Assembly: GCA_965202805.1 (NCBI GenBank)
Contig: OZ241869.1
Coordinates: 1,728,001-1,792,000 of the forward strand
Source: Longimicrobiales bacterium
Lineage (GTDB): Bacteria > Gemmatimonadota > Gemmatimonadetes > Longimicrobiales > Gaopeijiaceae
Length of the DNA stretch: 64,000 nucleotides
Direction of reading: 5' to 3'
The notes beneath the pieces were generated by a model. That model made no database searches. It was given only the letters and a program-made list of their open reading frames with translations, and had not been told where the DNA came from. Below are positions 9,946-18,315 of the stretch, one piece after another; the stretch's first letter is position 1; each line of letters opens with the position of its first letter. Position numbers and translations under genes: made by a program.

Positions 9946-9979
9946 CCAGGAAACGACCGGGACACGGAAAATGTGACGG
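9944..9979 (-). promoter_or_regulatory. Putative ECF autoregulatory promoter, copy 1 (leaderless)
   Basis: Minus strand CCGTCACA-N16-CGTTTCCTGGAT(G), running into the sigma ATG; no SD present. Confidence 0.7.
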
Positions 9980-10284
9980 ATCGGCCCGCCCCCTCGACCG
10001 GCGTCCGGCAATCGACGCGGGCCATCCTCCTGCTTCCTTCTACCGGCGCCCGCCCGCCACCGTGCCCCGACGGGTTGCGGAAAGCCCCCGCAGGATAGAG
10101 CCTTGAGGTCGGCTGCCCGGGGACCTCCGCGGGCACACGGGCTCGACTGGCGGGAGACTCGGCGGGATTCACGATATTCCGGAGCCTCCGGGCGCACGCG
10201 GGTTCGACCAAGCCGCACCATTGCGGCGATTGGGCCGGGCCAACGGTGTGACCGACGCGAGGGTGGCCGACGCAGCGGTTCGGC

Positions 10285-12642
10285 ATGGGCTGGGTGAACG
10301 AGGACGATACGGGAAAGATGACGCTCTCTCGCATGCGGGCCGCACGCTCCGTGCCCGGCGGCCTCCCGTTCGCAACATCCCTGGTTGCCGCGGTTGTCGC
10401 GGCCCTGCTCGCCCCCTCCGCGCTCCACGGCCAGGCTCCGACCTCCGAGCCCGGCCCTTCGGCGGACGAGCCGCGCACCACGCCCATCCTCATCCCCCGC
10501 ATCTCCGGCCCCATCGAGCTGGACGGCATCGTGGACGAGCCGGCGTGGGACGACCTGGAGCCTCTTCCCGTCACGGTGTTCAGCCCCACCTACGGGGCGC
10601 CGCCCACCGAGACCACCGAGGTGCGGATCGCCCACGACGACGAGTACGTGTACGTGTCCGGCCGGCTCTACGACTCCGAGCCGGAGGCCGTCCGCACCAA
10701 CACCTTCTACCGCGACCGCTACAGCGGCGACGACGGATTCGCCGTCATCTTCGACAGCTACAACGACTTCGAGACCGGCGTCTGGTTCGTCACCAACCCC
10801 TCCGGGAATCGCATCGACCGCACGGTCTACAACGACGCCCAGGTCGTGCCGCGCGCCGGGATGCCGTCGAACGAGGACTGGAATGCGTTCTGGGACGTCG
10901 TCACCAGCCAGAGCGACGAGGGCTGGTTCGCGGAGTTCCGCATCCCCTTCGCCACCCTCGGCTTCCAGGTCGAGGGCGACGAGGTGACGATGGGGTTCAT
11001 CTTTTACCGGATCATCGCGCGCAAGAACGAGCGCCACACCTTCCCGGACATCGATCCGCGCTGGGGCGGGATCGCCTTCGCCAAGCCCTCGCAGGCACAG
11101 CGCGTCGTACTGCGGGGCGTGCAGCAGTCAACGCCCGTATACGTGACGCCCTATGTGCTGGGCGGAGTGCGGCAGACGCCGCAGCTCGTGGATGGTCCCG
11201 GCGGCCCGGAGTCCGCGTGGGAAACCGACCGGGAAGGGTCCCGCGAGGCCGGGCTCGACCTCAAGTACGCCCCCACATCGAACCTGTCGCTGAACGTCAC
11301 CGCCAACACGGACTTCGCGCAGGTGGAGGCGGACAGCGTCCAGGTGAACATCGAGCGCTTCGAGCTGTTCATCCCTGAGAAGCGCCAGTTCTTCCAGGAG
11401 CGCTCGGCGACCTTCGACTTCAACACCGGCGGCCCCTTCAACCGCCTCTTCTACAGCAGGAAGATCGGACTGGACGCGGGCGACATCGTCACGATCTACG
11501 GGGGCGCGCGCGCGGTGGGACGCGTCGGCGGCACCGACTACGGGCTCCTGAACATGCAGACGGCCGCGCACGGGGAACGCTCCTCCGAGAACATGGGCGT
11601 GCTGCGGCTGCGGCAGCAGGTGCTGAACTCCTATTCGAACGTGGGCGCGATGGTCACCAGCCGGCTCGGGACCTACGGGGGAGACAACGTCGCGTACGGG
11701 CTGGACGCGTCGCTGCGGCTGACCGGCGACGAGTACGCGCTCCTGCAGTGGGCGCAGAGCTTCGACGGGGCGACTGCGCACGCGGGCGGCCTGGAGACGG
11801 GATTGCTGAGGGCGCGCTGGGAGCGGCGGCGCGACGTGGGCTTCACCTACTCCTTCGATGCCGTCCGGGTGGGATCCGACTACAACCCGGGCCTCGGGTT
11901 CCAGCGTCGCAAGGCCTATAGCTTCATCGGCGGCGACGTGGCATACGGTTCGTTCCTGGACGACCCGGAGACGATGTTCCGATCACGGGGCGTGACGCTG
12001 ACCGCGCGGCAGTTCACCCGCAACTCGGACGGCACTGCGGAAACCCGGCTCGTGAATCCCGGGCTCGAGGCCCGGTTCAGAAGCGGCGGGCGCGTGGATG
12101 TGGGGCTGGAATCGCAGTACGAGAGCGTGCGCGACGCCTTCCCGATCGCCGACGTGGTGGTGCCGGCGGGCGACTACTGGTTCCACGAGGTGGTTGCAAA
12201 CCTCAACCTCGGCCGCACCGCCAGCTTCCGGGGCCGGTACAGCGTGTCCGCGGGGAGCTTCTACGACGGCAGCCGCTTCAGCCTGTCGGTCGGGCCGATC
12301 TGGAACCTGTCCCGCTATCTGGAGCTGGCCGCCGTGTATTCCCTCAACCGGATCGACTTTTCCGAGCGCGACATGGCCACCACCGCGCACATCGCGCAAC
12401 TGAAGCTGGAGGTGGCGCTCAACACGCACTTCGCCGTGAGCGCCTACGCCCAGTACAACGGGGTGGACGACCTGACCAGCATCAACTCGCGCATCAGGTA
12501 TCACTTCCGCGAGGGCACCGACCTCTGGATCGTCTACAACGAAGGACTGCTCACCGAGCGCGACGCCAACCTGATCCCGCGGACGCCGCTGTCGACGGGC
12601 CGGTCGATCTCGCTGAAGTACTCGCAGACGTTCGCGTGGTGA
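10285..12642 (+). CDS. DUF5916 / CBM9-like domain outer-membrane protein
   Basis: IELDGIVDEPAW, GWFAEFRIPF, NTDFAQVEAD, PEKRQFFQE, LFYSRKIG motifs; exact start uncertain (10285/10318/10333). Confidence 0.85.
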   Translation: MGWVNEDDTGKMTLSRMRAARSVPGGLPFATSLVAAVVAALLAPSALHGQAPTSEPGPSADEPRTTPILIPRISGPIELDGIVDEPAWDDLEPLPVTVFSPTYGAPPTETTEVRIAHDDEYVYVSGRLYDSEPEAVRTNTFYRDRYSGDDGFAVIFDSYNDFETGVWFVTNPSGNRIDRTVYNDAQVVPRAGMPSNEDWNAFWDVVTSQSDEGWFAEFRIPFATLGFQVEGDEVTMGFIFYRIIARKNERHTFPDIDPRWGGIAFAKPSQAQRVVLRGVQQSTPVYVTPYVLGGVRQTPQLVDGPGGPESAWETDREGSREAGLDLKYAPTSNLSLNVTANTDFAQVEADSVQVNIERFELFIPEKRQFFQERSATFDFNTGGPFNRLFYSRKIGLDAGDIVTIYGGARAVGRVGGTDYGLLNMQTAAHGERSSENMGVLRLRQQVLNSYSNVGAMVTSRLGTYGGDNVAYGLDASLRLTGDEYALLQWAQSFDGATAHAGGLETGLLRARWERRRDVGFTYSFDAVRVGSDYNPGLGFQRRKAYSFIGGDVAYGSFLDDPETMFRSRGVTLTARQFTRNSDGTAETRLVNPGLEARFRSGGRVDVGLESQYESVRDAFPIADVVVPAGDYWFHEVVANLNLGRTASFRGRYSVSAGSFYDGSRFSLSVGPIWNLSRYLELAAVYSLNRIDFSERDMATTAHIAQLKLEVALNTHFAVSAYAQYNGVDDLTSINSRIRYHFREGTDLWIVYNEGLLTERDANLIPRTPLSTGRSISLKYSQTFAW

Positions 12643-12681
12643 GGGGGGAGACGCGGCGCGCTCCGGCCTCCAGCTGATCCC

Positions 12682-15600
12682 TCACCCCAGCGCCCCCGCC
12701 AGCACCACCGCCGCATGCACTGCTTCGCGGCCGCTTCCGTGCGCGATCTGGCTCCGGCAGCTGGTGCCGTCTGCGACGACCAGGGCGTCGTCCGGGGCCG
12801 CGTGTACCGCGGGCAGCAGGTCCAGCTCCGCCATCTTCATCGACAGCTCGTAGTGCTCCGCCTCATAACCGAAGGAGCCTGCCATGCCGCAGCAGCCGGA
12901 CTTGATGACGGTGGGCCGGAGCCCGGGAATCCAGTCGAGAACCCGGGGCGTGGCCTCGAAGGCGCCGAAGGCCTTCTGATGGCAGTGCCCGTGGATTAGG
13001 GCCGAGTCCGCTCGCAACGGCCGAAGATCGAGTCTCGGGCGAATCCGTTCCTCATCGCGGGCGAGGAGTTCCTCCAGCAGCAGAGCGCGTTCGGCAACGT
13101 TGGCCGACTCGGCACCCGGGAGCATCGCCGGGATCTCGTCGCGAAGGGTGAGCAGGCACGAGGGTTCGAGGCCGACGATGGCCGCATCGCGGACGCGGGC
13201 GGCCGATAGCGCGTCCAGCAGCCGGTGCGCCTCCGTTCGAGCCTCCTCCACGAGTCCCGCGTTGAGGTATGTGCGGCCACAGCACAGGGGACGGGAACCG
13301 GAACGCGGCCCGGAGCCATTCCGCGGCCCGCCATTTCGGGGCCTGCCATTCCGGGGCCTGCCAGTCCGGGGCCTGAAAACACGCCGCTTCCGGGCACTCG
13401 TCCGGCGCCCCGGCCCACCCCGCGCCGCACGCCGGGCCAACGCCCCGGCCACCTCAACCCGATACCCCCCGGCCTCCAGCACCTTCATCGCCGCGCGCGC
13501 GTTCTCGGGCTCGAAGTAACGGCTGAAGGTGTCGACCAGCAGCAGCACCTCGGGCTCACCCCGAAGGGCCGGAGGATTCCGGAAGGGCCTGCTGGACCAC
13601 CTCGGCAGGGCACGTTCGCGGGCGATGCCGGCAAGCCGCTCGCCCACGCCCCGCAGAATCCGACTCCGTCCCCCGAGGTTGATGAGAGGCGCCAGCCGCG
13701 CGCCCCGCGCCGCAAGCCGCGGCAGATGCGCGAGCGCGAGATCCCGCGCGCCGGCGGGATGCTTCTTCCGGTAGTGGTGCAGGAACTCGACCTTCATGCG
13801 GGCCATGTCCACGCCCGCCGGGCATTCGCGGCGGCACGCCTTGCAGCCGATGCACAGGTCGAAGACCTCCTTCATCTCCGGCGAGCGCATCGCGTCGGAA
13901 CCCAGCTGCCCGGTCAACGCCAGCCGAAGCGCATTCGCGCGCCCGCGGGTGACGTGCTTCTCGTCGCCGGTGACCCGGTACGACGGGCACATGGTCCCCG
14001 GGTCGGACTTCCGGCAAGCGCCGTTGTTGTTGCACATCTCGGCGGCGCCGGCCAGACCGCCCCACCGGCTCCAGTCGAGGGTGGTCTCGAAGGGCCGGTG
14101 GGCGTAGCCGGGGCGGTAGCGCATGAGGCTGCGGTCGTCCATGCGCGGGGGATCGACGATCTTGCCGGGATTCATGAAGCCGTGCGGATCGAAGGCCTGC
14201 TTCACCTCTCCGAAGGCCGCCGCCAGCCGCCGCCCCATCAGCCCCTCGATGAACTCCGAGCGGACCAGCCCGTCGCCGTGCTCCCCGGAATGGGATCCTC
14301 CCAGGTCGAGCACGACCTCGTGCACCTCGGAGGCGATGGCGCGCATGCGGCCCACGTCGGGCCCCTGCTTGAGGTTGAGCGACGGGCGCACGTGCAGGCA
14401 TCCCACCGACGCGTGCGCGTACCAGGTGCCGTCGGCCCCGTGCCGGCCGAACACCTCGTTGACCCGCACGCCGAATTCCGCCAGGCGCGGCAGGGGCACG
14501 GCGCAGTCCTCCATGAAGGAGACCGGCTTCACGTCGCCTGGGGACGACATGACGATGCTCAGGCCGGCCTTGCGCACGCCCCAGACCCGGGCCTGGTCGG
14601 CCGGGGTGAGCGCGCGCCGCATGGGGCCCGGGTGGCCCAGATCGCCCATCAGCTGCTCGAGCCGGTTCAGCCCCTCATGCGCGGCGCGCTCTTCGAACGC
14701 CGAGAACTCCACCACCAGCACCGCCCCCGGACTTCCGGGAAAGACCCGCTCCACCACGGGGCGGAAGGTGGGGTTCGCGCAGGCCAGGCGGAGCACGTTG
14801 TCGTCCATCAGCTCGACCGCGGTGGGATCGAGGGTGACGATGTGCTGCACGGCATCGAGCGCGCTCTCGAGGTCGGGGAAACGGCAGATGCCCAGCAGGC
14901 GGTGCGGGGGCAGGCGGGCCAGATCGAGCTCGATGGAGGTGAAGAAGGCGAGCGTTCCCTCCGAGCCCACCAGCAGCGGCGCCAGGTTCAGCCCGGGACG
15001 CTCCAGGCGATGCAGGTTGTAGCCGGCGACGTGCCGGAGAACCCTGGGGACGCGCCTCGCCAACTCCTCCGCCTCGCGGGCGCGGATCTCCCACATGCGG
15101 CGCGCGAGGTGGAGTCCCGCGTCTCCGTTCCCTCCCTGCGAGCGCCCGCCGCGTCCAGACGATCCGTCACCGCCTTCGGGTGACCCATCTCGCGCTCCGG
15201 CATCCCTCAGCCACCCCTCCGGCGCCTCCCCGAAGCGGAGCGCGGTTCCGTCCGCGAGCACGGCGTCGATGGCGCGCACCCGGTCGGCCATGATGCCGTA
15301 GCGGATCGACCGCGCCCCGGAGCTGTTGTTCCCCGCCATGCCGCCCAGGGTGGCCCGGCTGGCGGTCGCCACATCCACCGGATAGAACAGTCCGTGCGGC
15401 GCCAGCCACCGGTTCAGGTCGTCGAGCACCACGCCGGGCTCGACCCGCACGGTCTCCGCGTCCACGTCCAGGCGGGAGATCGCGCCCAGGTGCTTGCTGG
15501 TGTCGACCACCAGCGCCCGCCCCACCGCCTGCCCGCCCTGCGACGTCCCCGCCCCCCGCGGCAGCACCGGCACCCCTTCCTGCACGGCGATCCCGATCGC

Positions 15601-15780
15601 GGTCGCCACGTCCCGCACGGTGCGCGGCACCACCACCCCCACCGGCTCGATCTGGTAGATGGAGGCGTCGGTGCTGTAGAGCCCGCGGCTGACCGGGTCG
15701 AAGAGCACCTCGCCCTCCAGCTCGCGCCGCAGCCGGGCCGCGAGGGAGAGGTCGCCGATGCGGGGTCGGTGGTCAGGCAT
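12682..15780 (-). CDS. FAD-linked oxidase with Fe-S and CCG domains (GlcD/GlcF-type fusion, YdiJ-like)
   Basis: PRGAGTSQGGQ, GSEGTL, SGEHGDG, CNNNGAC, CIGCKACRRECP, CCG motifs. Confidence 0.9.
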   Translation of the reverse strand: MPDHRPRIGDLSLAARLRRELEGEVLFDPVSRGLYSTDASIYQIEPVGVVVPRTVRDVATAIGIAVQEGVPVLPRGAGTSQGGQAVGRALVVDTSKHLGAISRLDVDAETVRVEPGVVLDDLNRWLAPHGLFYPVDVATASRATLGGMAGNNSSGARSIRYGIMADRVRAIDAVLADGTALRFGEAPEGWLRDAGARDGSPEGGDGSSGRGGRSQGGNGDAGLHLARRMWEIRAREAEELARRVPRVLRHVAGYNLHRLERPGLNLAPLLVGSEGTLAFFTSIELDLARLPPHRLLGICRFPDLESALDAVQHIVTLDPTAVELMDDNVLRLACANPTFRPVVERVFPGSPGAVLVVEFSAFEERAAHEGLNRLEQLMGDLGHPGPMRRALTPADQARVWGVRKAGLSIVMSSPGDVKPVSFMEDCAVPLPRLAEFGVRVNEVFGRHGADGTWYAHASVGCLHVRPSLNLKQGPDVGRMRAIASEVHEVVLDLGGSHSGEHGDGLVRSEFIEGLMGRRLAAAFGEVKQAFDPHGFMNPGKIVDPPRMDDRSLMRYRPGYAHRPFETTLDWSRWGGLAGAAEMCNNNGACRKSDPGTMCPSYRVTGDEKHVTRGRANALRLALTGQLGSDAMRSPEMKEVFDLCIGCKACRRECPAGVDMARMKVEFLHHYRKKHPAGARDLALAHLPRLAARGARLAPLINLGGRSRILRGVGERLAGIARERALPRWSSRPFRNPPALRGEPEVLLLVDTFSRYFEPENARAAMKVLEAGGYRVEVAGALARRAARGGPGRRTSARKRRVFRPRTGRPRNGRPRNGGPRNGSGPRSGSRPLCCGRTYLNAGLVEEARTEAHRLLDALSAARVRDAAIVGLEPSCLLTLRDEIPAMLPGAESANVAERALLLEELLARDEERIRPRLDLRPLRADSALIHGHCHQKAFGAFEATPRVLDWIPGLRPTVIKSGCCGMAGSFGYEAEHYELSMKMAELDLLPAVHAAPDDALVVADGTSCRSQIAHGSGREAVHAAVVLAGALG
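13315..13374 (-). repeat. 4 x 15-bp in-frame tandem repeat (RPRNG-like) within the oxidase
   Basis: Plus strand gccattccgcggccc gccatttcggggcct gccattccggggcct gccagtccggggcct. Confidence 0.85.
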
Positions 15781-15870
15781 GGGCGGACCCACGGCCGCGC
15801 TGGGGACGTCGGCGGCCGGGCCGCCCGCATCGGTGGCCGGGCATGGGCGCTCGGTGGTCAGGCATGGGCG
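15766..15870. repeat. Three 20-bp direct repeats containing the oxidase start region
   Basis: tcggtggtcaggcatgggcg at 15766 and 15851; tcggtggccgggcatgggcg at 15830. Confidence 0.8.
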
Positions 15871-15952
15871 CGCTTCATTAGCTTGCAGGGTTCGTCGCCG
15901 GGGGTCGCCGCATTCTAATCCGCGGCCCTCTCCACGTCACCCGAGGGCGCGC

Positions 15953-17125
15953 ATGACCACACGCAGCGGCCGGCACTTTCTCCAGCTCCCCGGCCCCACC
16001 AACGTACCCGAGCGCGTGCGGCGCGCCATGGACCGGGCGGTCATCGACCACCGCGGCCCGGAGTTTGCGGAGCTCACCCTGGCCGTCCTCGAGGACCTGA
16101 AGCCGGTCTTCCGGACCGACGGCACCGTCTTCGTCTTCCCCTCCTCGGCCACCGGCGCATGGGAGGCGGCGCTGGTGAACACCCTCTCCCCGGGGGACGG
16201 CGTCCTGGCCTTCGACCGCGGCTTCTTCGCCGGCAAGTGGGCCGAGGTGGCCGACCGCCTGGGACTCGATGTCGACCTGGTGCCGGGCGACTGGCGCGCC
16301 GGCGTCGAGCCCCAGCTGATCGAGGACAGGCTCCGCCGCGACACGAACGGCCGCATCCGCGCGGTGATGGTCGTGCACAACGAGACCTCCACCGGCGTGA
16401 CCACCAACCTCCCCGACATCCGCGCCGCCATCGATGCCGCCGGCCATCCCGCCCTCTTCATGGCCGACACGGTGTCCTCGCTCGCCTCCATCGACTTTCG
16501 CCACGACGAATGGGGCGTCGACGTGACCGTGACCGGCTCGCAGAAGGGGCTCATGCTCCCGCCCGGCCTCGGCTTCACCGCCGCAAGCGAGCGGGCCCTG
16601 GCCACCCGCCCGGCGTCGCCGCTGCCCCACTCCTACTTCAACTGGGACGACCATCTCGCGGCCAACGCGAGCGGCTTCTTCCCCTACACCCCCGCAACCA
16701 CCCTGCTCTTCGGCCTGCGCGAGTCGCTCGCCATGCTCGCCGAGGAGGGGCTCGACCGGGTGTTCGCGCGCCACAAACGCTTCGCCGAAGCCACCCGTGC
16801 CGCCGTGGCCGCCTGGGGTCTCGAGTGCTACAGCGCGAACCCGTGCGAGCACTCCAACTCGCTCACCGCCGTCCTTCTCCCGGAGGGCCACGACGCCAAC
16901 GCCCTGCGCCAGATCATCCTCGACCGCTTCGACATGTCGCTCGGCACCGGCCTCGGGAAGCTCGACGGACGCATCTTCCGCATCGGCCATCTGGGAGACC
17001 TGAACGAGCTCACCCTCGCCGGGACGCTCGCGGGCGTGGAGATGGGGCTGCGCCTGGCGCGGGTTCCGCACAGCGGTGGGGGCCTGGACGCGGCGCTCGA
17101 CCATCTCGCGATGACTCATGAATGA
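15953..17125 (+). CDS. sgaA: Serine--glyoxylate aminotransferase-like (class V PLP)
   Basis: GRHFLQLPGPTNVP, VHNETSTG, GSQKGLMLPPG, FRIGHLG. Confidence 0.85.
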   Translation: MTTRSGRHFLQLPGPTNVPERVRRAMDRAVIDHRGPEFAELTLAVLEDLKPVFRTDGTVFVFPSSATGAWEAALVNTLSPGDGVLAFDRGFFAGKWAEVADRLGLDVDLVPGDWRAGVEPQLIEDRLRRDTNGRIRAVMVVHNETSTGVTTNLPDIRAAIDAAGHPALFMADTVSSLASIDFRHDEWGVDVTVTGSQKGLMLPPGLGFTAASERALATRPASPLPHSYFNWDDHLAANASGFFPYTPATTLLFGLRESLAMLAEEGLDRVFARHKRFAEATRAAVAAWGLECYSANPCEHSNSLTAVLLPEGHDANALRQIILDRFDMSLGTGLGKLDGRIFRIGHLGDLNELTLAGTLAGVEMGLRLARVPHSGGGLDAALDHLAMTHE

Positions 17126-17144
17126 TATCACACGCTGGAGAGAG

Positions 17145-18137
17145 ATGATGTCCCGGAAGCACATTGTGGCGCCCGCCCTGATCGCCGTCTGCGCCCTGTC
17201 CGCCTGCGCCCCCGGCGACGACACCGGCCCCGTCGAGATCCGCCTGGGACACGTGGGCGCTCCCGAATCGCTGTACGACATCGTGGCGAACGAATTCGCC
17301 GAGCGCGCCAACGAGCGTCTGGGCGAGGCCGGACGCGTCATCGTCTACGGATCGAGCCAGCTCGGGGGCGACGACGTGCTGCTGCAGAAGCTCAAGCTGG
17401 GCACCGTGGAGATGTCGCTCCCGTCCACGGTCATGTCGTCGGTCATCGACGGCTTCGGGCTCTTCGAGATGCCCTACCTGGTGCAGGACCGGGAGCACAT
17501 GAAGCGCATCGAGGAGGATGTCTTCTGGGATCATCTGGCCCCGCTCGCCGAAGCCGAGGGCTACCGCATCCTCGCGCTTTGGGAGAACGGCTTCCGGCAC
17601 ATCACCAACAACGCGCGCCCGATCCGCGCGCCGGAGGACCTCGCGGGCATCAAGCTGCGCACCCCGCGCGGGGTCTGGCGGGTCAAGCTCTTCCAGGCCT
17701 ACGGCGCCAACCCTACGCCCATGCCGCTGGCCGAGGTGTTCGTCGCGCTCCAGACCGGGGTGATGGACGGGCAGGAGAACCCGCTGGCGCAGATCGCCTC
17801 GGCCAAGCTGCACGAGGTGCAGTCGTACCTGTCGCTCACCGGGCACGTCTACACGCCCGCGTTCGTGACCGTGGGCGAAGCGCGCTGGCAGCGGCTGCCG
17901 GAGGAAGTGCGCGCCATCCTCCAGGACACCGCGCGCGAGATGCAGGCCTTCGTGTACGAGACCGCCGCGCGCATGGACGCGGAGCTGCTGGAGGAGCTGC
18001 GTGCCGCCGGCATCGAGGTGAACGAGGCCGACCGGGCGCGCTTCCGCGACGCCAGCGACGCCATCTACGAGGAGTTCGCGGAAGAGGTCGACGGGGGCGG
18101 AGAGCTGGTGCGGAGGGTGGGGGAGTTGGCGGGCTAG
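17145..18137 (+). CDS. dctP: TRAP transporter substrate-binding lipoprotein
   Basis: LSAC lipobox, WENGFRH, GIKLRTP, ALQTGVMDGQENP; SD ggagag. Confidence 0.9.
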   Translation: MMSRKHIVAPALIAVCALSACAPGDDTGPVEIRLGHVGAPESLYDIVANEFAERANERLGEAGRVIVYGSSQLGGDDVLLQKLKLGTVEMSLPSTVMSSVIDGFGLFEMPYLVQDREHMKRIEEDVFWDHLAPLAEAEGYRILALWENGFRHITNNARPIRAPEDLAGIKLRTPRGVWRVKLFQAYGANPTPMPLAEVFVALQTGVMDGQENPLAQIASAKLHEVQSYLSLTGHVYTPAFVTVGEARWQRLPEEVRAILQDTAREMQAFVYETAARMDAELLEELRAAGIEVNEADRARFRDASDAIYEEFAEEVDGGGELVRRVGELAG

Positions 18138-18146
18138 AGGGAGTTC

Positions 18147-18302
18147 ATGAACTACTCTCATGATGAGTCGCCCAAGCGCCGCGTTGCCGAGCCTGTCCAG
18201 GTTTATCTGCGTCCGAGCGAAAAAGACCGTCTCGAGCGACTGACGGCGGAGCTCGACACTACCAGGTCCGATGTCCTGCGGCGTGGCCTGAAGGCCCGCT
18301 GA
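18147..18302 (+). CDS. Short ribbon-helix-helix (CopG/antitoxin-like) protein, possibly truncated
   Basis: MNYSHDESPKRRVAEPVQVYLRPSEKDRLERLTAELDTTRSDVLRRGLKAR; SD gagggag; below the ORF track cutoff. Confidence 0.65.
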   Translation: MNYSHDESPKRRVAEPVQVYLRPSEKDRLERLTAELDTTRSDVLRRGLKAR

Positions 18303-18315
18303 GGGGCTCCGAAGC

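Noticed and set aside
9406..11037. 543-aa version of the ECF sigma
   Set aside because: The extension is antisense to the DUF5916 gene; the sigma domain and promoter motif place the start at 9945
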